Positions 1 to 11,863 of a stretch of DNA of 64,000 nucleotides are shown here, one piece after another. A program made the position numbers and the translations under genes. Each line of letters begins with the position of its first letter. The first letter of the stretch is position 1. Below the pieces are notes generated by a model that saw only the letters and a list, made by a program, of their open reading frames with translations, did not search any database and was not told the origin of the DNA. Source of the stretch: Vermamoeba vermiformis (Eukaryota); NCBI GenBank assembly GCA_045837725.1, contig JBEWZL010000076.1, forward strand, positions 372,001 to 436,000, in the 5' to 3' direction.

Positions 1-2546
1 CGTAAAGATTGGATCTCCGAGTGCCTGATATTTACCTCGTTAATCATATGCCATGTGATATGTAGGATGATAGACTTACGTCAAAACTCTCCTTGGAACA
101 GCCGCTGAACAGATCTCCCGTTGTTTCTGCGAGCACGATGTAGTCTTGCGCGCTTTGCTGTAATAATCGAAATTAGCGTCACTCGCTGACATTATATATA
201 TAAGTAACAGGTGCCTACCTCAGTACAACTAGGGTAGTTACATTGACTTTTGATGCTATCGGAGTTAATGGCGTAGCTCGTGACAGGTGCTTGCACATCG
301 CGTGGAACACAGCACATTGTGTCTTGAAGACTACAAAACTGTTAATGACATGCATAATGTGATTGTCTATAATATATAAGTGCACTTACGCTGGGTTGCA
401 GCAAGGATCGGTCAAGTATTCTTCGGATGTGCTGTTGGTCGCGTAACAAGATCTTGTTTGATTGATGTATTGCATGGATACCGAGCTCGTCAATAGACCT
501 GTTTGAACCATTTCAACGCACCCGAGCCATGCATTGCTAATCGTGTAAGCAACGGCCTAAAAGAGCGGATCAATTAAAGTTCAATAGAAGATTCATGATC
601 TAAAGCCAATCAACAGTATCGTCGATGCCGCTACTGTAAACGTAAATATATATAAGAGTCAACATACTCTAAACAGATAGTCATCTACGTCTGAGAGCAG
701 TTCTGTATTCGATTGCTTCAAAGATGTAACCACATCCGAAATGCCTTTCAATACCTAGTAAGTATCTTGTCGTTTATATTGTATAATCTCCGTACCTCGA
801 GTAGTTACTTCGAAACTTTGCTTCGAGCAAGTTAAAGGACGCTTAGTAAATGGTGCAGTGTTCGCTACGACCTGTACACGAAGAAGATCCGCTTTAGTTG
901 ACTATAAAAGCTATTCATAGTAATTTGATTGTGCGTTACCTCGCCTCGACTATTGATGACGTAAGGAAATGAGACTAAACAGCTTGGATCCGACAAAAGC
1001 TCGCCAGGGAATGGAAAGGTAGTTACAGATCGCTAAAACAGCAGTAATATTATTAATAATCGTCGCATTATCAACTATGTAACGTACATTCTCGGACTTG
1101 AGGGTCACCAGCTTTGTTACTAAGCCAATGCTAAGCTGTTTTGGGTTGTAGTCGATCTCGGTTTTCAAAAGCCTAAGCAAATTAGCTTTGAATCACATTT
1201 GTATGGTATACTTACGTAATAGTCGCTAAATATGAGAACAGAGGGTCATTTGAAGGCGTAAAAAACATGCAAAAGCCAGTATCGCATTCATTAGCTGAAA
1301 ACGACCTGTTGCTGTTCGGGCAAGTGATTTGTAAAGGGCCTAGTGAGGTTAATATACATATGTGGCACGTGCATATAACTTACTGAGCCAATAGAAGTCC
1401 GTTAAACTCAGCAATGAAGCATCATCTAAAAATATTAGCCGAGATCAACATCCGTTACAAAAGACATACCAAAAAGCGCTACATCGTAAGAAGTATCCGT
1501 AAACGATGCTACAGTAATATATACAGTGCCATTCCACGCAGGATTATCGTTTAGAATCGTGCTGCAACACTTTAAAAATGCTTCAGATCCGACAGCTACA
1601 AAAATAATTGTTATAAACATTGAATTTTATATTTTATCGCATGACTTACTCTCAGATTTGTAATTGCTGCCATCCACACGAGGATTTGGATTGTCAAACT
1701 GAATTGAGACGTAAATGTCCGGATCTCCTGCCCAAGTACGCGCCAAAAATACGACAGAATCGCATGTTTGATAATTATCTACGCGAAATTCATATGTCCT
1801 CGATTGGTCAGCTGCATAAATAAATTTTAGTATGTAGCCGTTACATAATTTTAAAAATTAATGAATTTTCTCGGGATCAAGTAATTCAACAAAGTACTAT
1901 CTCATAGTACTAATTATCATACGTACTAGTTAAGTTTTCTCGTTTAATATTCGTAGTTGAATCCACGCACACGTGGTCAGCGCCAACAGGTGTGTAGCAG
2001 TCTGTTTGGATCTCGCTTGTGCAGCAGCGTTGGTAAATGGTCTTATTGCCTCCATCGCATGAAGCACTTGTATATATATCTTGATCGAATGTTGCTGTAT
2101 AAAATGAAGTTAATTTAACAGCTGATCAAAAAATTTTCTCCGAGCCGACCAAGGAGAGTTTGGGATAATTATTTTCCTTATTATGATTATTAAATATGTA
2201 GGCTTCAAAATGATATAATAAATACTCGAAAATGATTTGATTTGGTGCGTATTTTCGTCAGAAATTTACCCTCTCGATCGAGTAACCGAGACGACAAATC
2301 TGACTCGTATTATACTAGCGCGTATTATCATAATAATTTCATGATTATAGCAGCAACATAAATATGATTTGAAGGCTAAATTTTCAAATCTGAGTTTTTA
2401 CCTGTCAAAATGGCGACTTGCCGGCCAGTAGTCAATGTTTGGTATTCTTTAACGTGAAAATCTACATTTAATATTGTTGGAGGATCTGTTTTGATGAAGG
2501 TAATGATGAACACCAACAAAATCCAACAGATCGATACAACTTTCAT
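1..2546 (-). CDS. Multi-exon secreted/surface cysteine-rich protein, truncated by the left window edge
   Basis: ATG at 2546 opens a signal-peptide-like exon (MKVVSICWILLVFIITFIKT). Downstream GT-AG-bounded exons read SASCDGGNKTIYQRCC, WAGDPDIYVS (PPC-like motif) and YLTDPCCNP. The full exon chain was not resolved. Confidence 0.6.
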
Positions 2547-3216
2547 TCCGCTGTGTTATTCAAGCTTGCATATTCCACCGTTGTATCACGTTAAGTAAAA
2601 TGTGTTGTTGCACACGCACAATTGTTGAATGATTCGCGTGTCACTCCCCTCTGAGTTTTTGACACGCGACTGTGACATGAAGTCAACAACAGCTCGCAGA
2701 ACCAAATCACCCTAAAGATTCTTTCAGGTCCAGAAACCTAGATTGGCAAGTGATTCAATATTATAATTAAACTTACCTGGCGTCTGCCCTGCGCAAACCC
2801 CCGCCCCCGCTCGCTTTCTCATAAACTCGTGATCTGGATAAAGAAGGACCTAAAAGTTATGTTGTTTAATGTCTTCTACCAATTAAAGCCGACCCTGTGT
2901 ACGGAGGTCGCTTAATGGTAGAAAAAACGAGGATTTTTTGTAGGTTCGCCTAACGGAAAACACAAATCATTCTGAAGGTGTAAATATAATTTATAATTAT
3001 CGAATGACATATGTAGCACACCGAAGCTAACTACTTGCAATCATGGAGAAGGATCAGCACGCTGATCGAAAGAAAAATAAGGACAGAGCCAATAAATCCG
3101 CGTCAAACCTAAATGACCAGGTATAAATTGAAATGTAATATTATTTCATCCCACAGCGTAATTAGAATTAATTGTTGAATTAGATTTTAAATTATTTATT
3201 TGCTTTTTTGTAAATT

Positions 3217-3911
3217 GAGGGATTGGCGGAAAAAAAATAATGTGATAACTCGTCGGACTTAAAACGCCCGAAGTTATGTTATAACAACCGCCAAAAAAAC
3301 TTGTCTCATTTACAATTATAACTTTTATTAACTACTCAAAATATTTACAAAATGCAGCATAAATTCAGATATAATATTGTTTTAATTTGCGTTGATGGTG
3401 TTCGTTAATTATTTGAAAAAAGAAGTGCTGCATCTAATTGATCTTCGATAAACTCTTTCCGAACAATGCCAAATCATTGCCCCTAATGATGGATCGACTC
3501 ATATATGATATATAAATATTATCATGGTGTTATGTGGTCTTTGGACAAGCGAGGGTATGCAAAATGACGCGACGGAGTTTTGGTCATTTGTCGCCGCTCT
3601 CGCCTTACAACAACCACAAACCATTAAAATAAGCTTGCGCATAATCATATGGCATTATATGCATATTTTAGAAATAATTGCAGCCAAAATAATGCAGTTT
3701 TAAGCTCGATCAGGTGTTAATCCGAAAATTTCAAAAAGACGCGCCAATGATGGGACTAATCATCGCTTCGCGTTCTATATTTGTCTTGTTATTTTTCCTA
3801 ATTTTGAGTTGCTAATTTGAGTTATAAATGTGAGTTATAATTATAAACGAGACAAGTTTTTTGGCGTCATAAGTAAATTTATGTTATAACGGACTATTTC
3901 GCCAAACCCTC
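3217..3911. mobile_element. MITE (non-autonomous TIR element) in intron 1 of LRR copy 1
   Basis: Termini GAGGGATTGGCG / CGCCAAACCCTC are imperfect inverted repeats. An inner inverted pair is CGCCAAAAAAACTTGTCTCATTTACAATTATAACT vs AGTTATAATTATAAACGAGACAAGTTTTTTGGCG. ATT flanks both ends (3214-3216, 3912-3914). The host intron is 846 nt versus ~140 nt in the paralogs. Confidence 0.8.
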
Positions 3912-4253
3912 ATTAATTATGTTTGAACGAGCAGCGGCTTTATCGGTTAATATCGTTATTAACTAGGGTGCGCTCAAAGAAATTGTAACCATCGCAGATG
4001 ACATAGCTCTAACAACAGCCGTTATGTCGAACACGCCCTTTGTATTGGCTGAAAAATACGATACGATGAGTATTCCGCACTCATCGCACATACCAATAGC
4101 ACCTATTATGGAAGCACTGCATAAGAACATGACAGTTAAGAACTTATTAATCAACAACCGGATTTGGGATCAAAAAGAACTTAGAGAGTTTGTTAGGTGC
4201 CTGGCAAGCGTTAATAGAGGCATTACGAAGATAGTTTTACAATCACATGATTT

Positions 4254-4676
4254 AAGACGAATTATGGTAAAAGAAGGGGGGAAAATATAATTAAGGCATA
4301 AGTGTAGAAGTAATAATTATATAGTAGTTTATAGCTGTACTTAAAAGAAAATAACTTTTTTATAGAGAAGAAAATAAAAGAATTTTTAATAAAATTTTTA
4401 ATTTTTTAATTAGATGCGCAAAGCCCTTCGCACGCCCGCGATCCTCGCGCACCTGTAGCGACTTCGTCGATAGGACTACAAGACTAGCAGGCGGACGCCG
4501 CTGTGACCGGATATATGACTCATGTGTGCCTGCGGACCGGTCTACACCCACAGCATTCTAGTTCCTATATTTTGATTACCAGATATCCTGTTGTTAATTT
4601 GCCAATAAACTTGTATATATATTTCAGTATAAAACTTTTTCCCTCCATGCGCTGTCGTTTTACCATAAAATGTGTT
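4254..4676. mobile_element. 423-bp TIR insertion in exon 2 of LRR copy 1
   Basis: ATTT direct repeat at 4250-4253 and 4677-4680, with inverted core TTATGGTAAAA / TTTTACCATAA near the ends. Removing the element plus one ATTT restores HDFEPNFIEAL, matching NDFNPNFVEAL in the paralogs. Confidence 0.85.
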
Positions 4677-6271
4677 ATTTCGAACCCAATTTTATCGAAG
4701 CATTAGTGAAGATCTTGAAATTAAATCGACAGATCAAAACGATTGAAATTACAAGCAATTCAACGCAACAATTTCATGAAAAAGGATTCATTAGATTGTG
4801 CGCTGGCATGGAATATTATCATTTCGAAGAAATATTTGCCTGGTACGCCAGACTTTCAGCGGATCTTTACAAACTATGGTTTGAATCGTTGAGATACAAT
4901 CAATCTATCAAACGTATCCGTATTCTTGGCGAAGAAGTATCTGGAGCTCCAATGATATCACTTTGCAACACTTTAGTAGCGAATCCAACGATCACCGATC
5001 TACGGTTTGTCGGTTGTAAATTGAACCAAGAAGACTTTAAACACTTCAAACAAGTCCTCAAAATCAATTATATTAAACAGTTAATGTTCCGAGAAACAAA
5101 ATTTACAAAGGACATATTAAAATTGATCGCAGAAGAATTGGTAGCAAACACATCCATCACCGAGTTGAGACTGGAATGGTGCGAATCAGATTGGAAGTTA
5201 TTAGGAGAGATATTAAGTGCTAATAAGACGATAAAGAAGCTCGATATTAGCGAAAATTCAATCAGCGATAGAAACCTCAAGTACTTAAAACTTGGATCGA
5301 ACACTACTTTGACAGATCTGAATTTGATTAATTGCCGTCATCTCACCGATCATAAAGCATTGTTCGTTCAATTAATGGACAATAAGACATTAAAGAAACT
5401 TGCTATCGGTCACAGCACTGCAAATCCGGATCCAAAAATGCTCGAGCAATTTATTTCTACGAATAATTCAGTGACTGAACTTACATTACATACCGATTAT
5501 AATCCGTATAAAGACGAAGTATTACAAGCACTAGCTGATGGTCTTGCAGTAAACAGATCCATAAGAAAATTTACGATGCTTCTCATGCGGATTCGATACA
5601 GCACATTTATCAACTTAATCGAAGCATTGAAAGCGAAGCAATACGCTATTAGAGCTACATACGACTAAACTTGGCAGAATTACTTTGGATCGCAGGCCTG
5701 CAAACGGTTCTGACATTGACGATGTAATTTTGGATCTGCTCAAAACGAACCAATCGCTGCGGTACATTACTGGCGCAGAAGATTATCCGTACCTCGAAGC
5801 ACGACTGAAAGAGAACAGAGACACGCAAGACAAGATCATTCGCGACACTTGCACATTGATCAACATGATTGTCACCAAACCACAGTCGTTCATCTTGCCC
5901 ATCGAGCTGTGGCTTCATATATTCAAATTTGTATCGTATTCATTCGTGCATTTTGATTTTGAACAGTACTTCAACTCTCGTGTACAATATTAAACTCCGA
6001 ATCCTTTGAGTATTGAAACTTTTTATTTTAGCCGAGGTATTTTATTAGCACCTGATTCTGTGAATGCTAGTAATATTATTGCCTATCGCGTAACTGTAAC
6101 CAGGATCTGCCCTAAAACTGACTCAATATTTATGGGTCTAATGCCCGAAATCTCGATCTCGTGTCACGCAAGGAACACGAGATCCATTTTTACTTCCTTT
6201 CAAACTTATCGCAATAACATAAGTGTAGCTTATTATTATTGCGTACTTATTAATATTATTACCGTACAACA

Positions 6272-8106
6272 ATGGAGAAGCACAAAGACAAAAATAGATC
6301 TGATAAAAAGAATAAAGGCAAAACCAAGTCGAAGCGCGCTGCTACGGAGGTATTAAATTACAAAAATGATAATAGAATATTGTCAATTAATAAATTTATC
6401 CGCGAATTATATAAAGTTTTTTCAATTTTTCGCTCCGCATAAGAAATTACGTCACGTATATTATTAAAATATTGAATTTTTTGAAGAAATATAGAGCACC
6501 TCCCACCCCTACAGTCGTTGCGGACGATATGGCCTTGATTAATGCGGTCATGACCAACACACCCTTTGAATTCGGCATTGCTTACACCCAAATGAATCTC
6601 CCGACCTCGTTATACGTATCAATAGCACCTATTATGGAAGCATTGGCGAATAATACGACAGTCCAAGAATTAGTCGTCGTGCCGCGGATGTGGGAGCCAA
6701 AAGACCTTAAAGAATTCGTTGCATGTCTTTCAAGCGCCAATAAGGGCATCAAGAAGATAAAGCTGCTTAATAACGATTTTAATCCCAACTTTGTGGAAGC
6801 ATTGACGAAGATCTTGAAAACGAATCTGCAGATCAAAACAATTGAAATTTCAGGTCGTCCAACGCCCACACGCAGTGTAGAAGGATTCGAACGGTTCTGC
6901 GATGGCATGGATTACTATTATTTCGAGGAATTAGTTCTAACAAATGACTCGATTGGACTGGCGAGCTACAACACTCTTTTTGAATCATTAAAATACAATC
7001 AGTCGATCAAAATCTTAAAGCTTAATGGCAACAATGTATTGTTGGGAGGGCCTATTAAAACTCTATGCAGCACTCTGATTGCAAATCCAACAATAACAGA
7101 ACTGAGTTTTAACAACAGCGGACTGATGCTTTTGACAGCAGACGGCTTCAAACTATTCAACGACATGCTCAAAGCTAATTACCTTAAGAAACTCACGCTG
7201 TTGAAAACAACGCTGCTGACAGATGACTTGGCCGGAGTAGCGGAAGAATTAAAAAACAACACCTCCATCACGGATTTGACCGTAAAACATTCGCTAGTGG
7301 ATTGGAAACTATTTGGAGAGATTATATCATCTAATAAGACTATAACAAGATTAAATATCGCATCAAATAGCATTAAGTCACAGGATATTCAGTACTTTAA
7401 TTTTGGATCGAACGTGGCTTTGAAAGAATTACTTATGGAGCGATGCTGGGACCTAGGCGATTACAAAACATTATTGCCTGAAATAGAAGGAAACAATTCA
7501 CTCAAACGATTGGCTATTAGCGTTAATGATGTTAATTTTGATCCGATCCAGCTTGAACAATTTATTTCCACGAATAAGTCGTTGACGGATTTAAAATTGC
7601 GCGGCGAGTATTACCCACTCAAAACCAAGACGTTGAAGGCTATATCGAATGGTCTTAAAGTCAATAATACACTAAGAAAATTTGACATCAATCTACCGAC
7701 AGTTAAATACGAAGATTTTAACTACTTTGTCAACGTGCTCCATGATAATAATACACTACGAGAGCTGCATATGACTAAATTATCTCAAGTACATTTCAAG
7801 AAGAAGCCTTATTATGCTCACAGCACCAACATTGACGATTTAATCTTGGATCTGCTCAAAACAAACAAATCTCTGCGGTACATTACTGGCGCAGAAGATT
7901 ATCCGTACCTCGAAGCACGATTGAAAGAGAACAGAGACACGCAAGACAAGATCATTCGCGACACTTGCACATTGATCAACATGATCGTCACCAAACCACA
8001 CTCGTTCATCTTGCCCATTGAGCTGTGGCTTCATATATTCAAATTTGTATCGCATTCATTCGTACATTTTGATTTTGAACGGTACCTCAACTCTCGTGTA
8101 CAATAA
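6272..8106 (+). CDS. RNI-like LRR protein with Lys-rich N-terminus and C-terminal F-box-like motif, copy 2
   Basis: Exon 1 is 6272-6349 (MEKHKDKNRSDKKNKGK...), followed by a phase-0 intron 6350-6486 and one long exon. It has repeated L..N.(S/T)(I/L)..L.L units and ends in FILPIELWLHIFKFV. Confidence 0.85.
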
Positions 8107-8454
8107 TAAACTCCGGATCCAAATTTGATAAATGTTCCTAGATAGTTTAAGCACTCGATTCTCATCTAGCAGTTGTTGTCATATCCGTTGATAATCAATG
8201 GTAAAAATGCTTCTGAGGATAAATCAACGTAAGGTTCAAAACGATATCTCATTTTTTTCTCGCGTTTGAACAAACTACCACAAACCATCCGCGACTTTAT
8301 TTTGCCTTTCCGATAAGGTGAGTGCTGAATAATAATTTTTATTGCTCTTTTTCTTGTCACGTACGAGTTGAAGTTTGAGAAGTATCGGAGAAGATTGGAT
8401 CTAGCCCAAAAACTTATTAAATATTTTTAATAATTATAGGAATATCACCACTCA

Positions 8455-9699
8455 ATGTCATACAAGTCTAATACCACTACAACTCTTCCCAGCATCCCGT
8501 TTGAATTAATTGACAATTTAATTATTCCCAACTTGGCAGTGCCGTGGTTGCGCGTCTCGAAAAAATACAACGCACTCGCAATTAAACACGTAGTAAATTA
8601 TCCAGCATTCTTAAACGATCCAAACTTCACTGTAGTAAGCGCAACGTACAACAAAAATTATTCGATGTTGGATGCGCTATTATCAGACCCGAGATACTCT
8701 AGTCCTTATATACCCAGCAATGCTATTAATATCTGCTCATCGGATCGAACAGCCAATTTGTTATTTCTCAAACATTTTTTTGATCAGACCAAAGACAGAG
8801 CTCTTTCACGAGCAGTCACTTACGATTGGCTGGACGTCGCAGATTATATATTAAATCGCGAAGATAAGAGGACTATACGTATGTCATTTGGCTGCATGTC
8901 TGAAACAATGTTTGAACGCGTGATCTACCATCCAAAACTTGCGTGGACGGATGCCTGCATCAAAAACCTCGCAAAAAATACTCAAATACCAGTATCGACC
9001 AAAGCAAAGATATTAGACGTGCCCAATATCAAGATGGAAGCCATTATGTATACTTTTTCCGATGACATTTTTGTGGATGCGTTCATCGCAGATCAGCGAG
9101 TAATAGCGTCAGTAGAGCTGCAGAAGCGATTATGGGAGATTATAATTGGCGAAAGATTTTATGATAGACCAGCGTGTACCAACCCTGTCATGAAAGTACA
9201 AAGAATATTAACAGAAAAAAAATTGGATCCGGCCTTCAATTTCAATCTCCCGCTGAGATTAACACTAAAACAGAAAGAATTCACTGAAGAAAACAAAATA
9301 ATCGCACAGTTGCTATTAGACGACGATAGAGTGATATTGAACCTCGAACCCTTTGATAAAAACGTCATAATTACCATTCTCAAGGCTTCGCATTCGGAAG
9401 AAATTTCAGCAAAGATTAAATTCATATTGAACCAGCCCAAATTCAAGCGAGAATGGTTTGAATCAACGATGTATTACTTGTTATTCACGCAATTAGAAGA
9501 ATGCACTAACTATTATAATGGTGACCTCATAGACCCCGAAATGATCTTCAAAGAGCATCAATTCGACGAGTATTTGAGCGATGAAATTCGTGCAAAGTAT
9601 CCACGTGCCATGAAACAGCTGTTTAAGGCGTTGGCTGAGCAAGAAGGCCATTATAATGAATACTATAACAGAATGGCCGAGCAACCTGACGATGATTAA
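8455..9699 (+). CDS. Intronless protein with N-terminal F-box-like motif and degenerate ankyrin-like repeats
   Basis: 414-aa ORF. IPFELIDNLII...WLRVSKKYN is F-box-like. MLDALLSDPR, LDPAFNFNLPLR and IAQLLLDDDRV resemble the LL.DPRVDP ankyrin-type repeat. Confidence 0.65.
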   Translation: MSYKSNTTTTLPSIPFELIDNLIIPNLAVPWLRVSKKYNALAIKHVVNYPAFLNDPNFTVVSATYNKNYSMLDALLSDPRYSSPYIPSNAINICSSDRTANLLFLKHFFDQTKDRALSRAVTYDWLDVADYILNREDKRTIRMSFGCMSETMFERVIYHPKLAWTDACIKNLAKNTQIPVSTKAKILDVPNIKMEAIMYTFSDDIFVDAFIADQRVIASVELQKRLWEIIIGERFYDRPACTNPVMKVQRILTEKKLDPAFNFNLPLRLTLKQKEFTEENKIIAQLLLDDDRVILNLEPFDKNVIITILKASHSEEISAKIKFILNQPKFKREWFESTMYYLLFTQLEECTNYYNGDLIDPEMIFKEHQFDEYLSDEIRAKYPRAMKQLFKALAEQEGHYNEYYNRMAEQPDDD

Positions 9700-9748
9700 G
9701 CAAAATACGAATAATAAACAAAAGTTGAATTCTTGCTAAAATTGTTCA

Positions 9749-9773
9749 GATCCGATCCGATCCGATCCGATCC
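9749..9773. repeat. (GATCC)5 pentanucleotide microsatellite
   Basis: gatccgatccgatccgatccgatcc read directly from the sequence. Confidence 0.85.
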
Positions 9774-10006
9774 AATGCCTTGGCCACTTCTCGATTATTT
9801 TTAGATAAATAACTACAACAAAGCTCGATATCCGATATGCTATTTGCCAGCGTTTACAGGTGCCCGAAATCTCGATTCTCATTTCGCCTAACGGCGAGCA
9901 CGTGATCCAATTTTTTTTACTCAGTTTACTTTATTAACGCGGATCGCAATAACCGAAGTATAGAGCTTATTATTATTGCTTGTTTATTAATTATTACCGG
10001 ACAACA

Positions 10007-11838
10007 ATGGAGAAGCACAAAGCCAAAAATAAAACGGATAAAAAGAATAAAGATAAAAAAAATAAATCGAAGCAGGCTGATCCGCAGGTATTAAATTACG
10101 ATAATTATATACAATATTGTTAAGAATAAATACTTCATAGGGGAATTAATTTAATTATTTTATCATCTTTTCAAGCCTAAATCGAATTAAATTCCGTTAT
10201 TTATTATTAAAATAATTAATTATTTTGCAGCCCTATAGAGCACCTCCCTCCCCTACAGTCGTTGCGGATGATATGGCCTTGATTAATGCGGTCATGACCA
10301 ACACACCCTTTGAATTCGGCATTACTTACACCCAAATGAATCTCCCGACCTCATTTTACGTATCAATAGCACCTATTATGGAGGCATTGGCGAATAATAC
10401 GACAGTCCAGGAATTAGTCATCGTGCCGCGGCAGTGGGATCCAAAAGACCTTAAAGAATTCGTGGCATGCCTGTCAAGCGCTAATAAGGGCATAAAGAAG
10501 ATATCTCTGATTAATAACGATTTTAATCCCAACTTTGTGGAAGCATTGACGAAGATCTTGAAAACGAATCTGCAGATCAAAAAAATTGAAATTCAGGGTC
10601 GTCCGATGCATAAATTCAGCGTAGAAGGATTTGAGCGGTTCTGTGGCAGCATGGAATATTATAATTTCGAGGAATTAGTCATAACAAATATCGAGGCCGG
10701 ACTGGCGGGTTTCAACGCTCTTTTTGAATCGTTAAAGTACAATCAATCGATCAAATCATTAAGTATGAATGGCAATGTAGTGTTGGGAGCCCCTATTGAA
10801 ACTCTATGCAGCACTCTGGTTGCAAATCCAACACTAACAGATCTGACTTTTAACTGCAACGGACTTACAGCAGAAAGCTTCAAATTCTTCAAAGAAGTAC
10901 TCAAAGCTAATTACATTAAGAAATTCACTCTGTTGCATACAACGCTACTGACAGGTTATTTGGCCGAGATTGCGGAAGAATTGAAAAACAACACATCCAT
11001 CACGGATTTGGCCGTACAATATTCGCAAGTGGATTGGAAACTATTTGGAGAGATTATATCAACCAACAAGACTATAACAAGATTAAATATCAGTGCAAAT
11101 AGCATCACTTCAACGGATATTCAGTACTTTAATTTTGGATCGAACGTCACTTTGAAAGAATTAATTATGGAGCAATGCTGGCAACTAGGCGATTACAAAA
11201 CATTATTTCCCGAAATAGAAGGAAATAATTCACTCAAACGATTGGCTATTAGTGTTAATGATGTTGATTTTGATTCGATCCAGCTCGAACAATTTATTTC
11301 CACGAATAAGTCGTTGACGGATTTAAAATTGCGCGGCGAGTATTATGCACTCAAATCCGAGGCGTTGAAGGCTATATCGAATGGTCTTAAAGTCAATAAG
11401 ACGCTAAGAAAACTAGACATCAATTTGGCGACAGTAGACTACGAAGATTTTAACTACTTTGTCAACGCGCTCCATGACAATAATACACTACGAGAGCTGC
11501 ATATGACAAAATTATCTCAAGTGTATTTCAATAAGAAGCCTTATTACGCTCACAGCACCAACATTGACGATTTAATTTTGTACCTGCTCCAAAAGAACAA
11601 GACTTTGCGGTACATTACTGGCGCAGAAGATTATCCGTACCTCGAAGCACGATTGAAAGAGAACAGAGACACACAAGACAAGATCATTCGCGACACTTGC
11701 ACGTGGATCAACATGATTGTCGCCAAACCACACTCGTTCATCTTGCCCATCGAGATCTGGGTTAATGTAGCCAAATACATATCGTATTCGTTCGGGGCAT
11801 ATGATTTTGAACGATATTTTCGCTCCTATTTAAAATAA
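10007..11838 (+). CDS. RNI-like LRR protein with C-terminal F-box-like motif, copy 3
   Basis: Exon 1 is 10007-10087 (MEKHKAKNKTDKKNK...), intron 10088-10230. The long exon is closely similar to copy 2 and ends FILPIEIWVNVAKYI. Upstream DNA at ~9860-10100 is duplicated from ~6140-6360. Confidence 0.85.
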
Positions 11839-11863
11839 ATTTATTTCGGAATAGTACGGATCT

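Larger units (their letters stand above)
3043..5993 (+). pseudogene. RNI-like LRR protein with C-terminal F-box-like motif, copy 1; interrupted by a TIR insertion and a +1 frameshift
   Basis: Exon 1 is 3043-3120 (MEKDQHADRKKNK...), intron 3121-3966, and exon 2 from 3967 aligns to copies 2 and 3. There is an insertion at 4254-4676. An extra base near 5638 shifts LKANNTLLELHTTKL out of frame. The C-terminus FILPIELWLHIFKFV is in ORF 5685-5993. Confidence 0.75.

Noticed and set aside
2770-2850. ACTTACCTGG resembling the 5' end of U1 snRNA
   Set aside because: No U1 stem-loops or Sm site follow. It is the reverse complement of a CAG/GTAAGT donor ending a probable minus-strand 5' UTR exon.
4430-4500. 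TCCTCGC (HDV-like L3) and CGCGCACCTGTAG (7SL/Alu-like) words
   Set aside because: The flanking P3, P1.1 and P4 elements and the SRP helices cannot be built.
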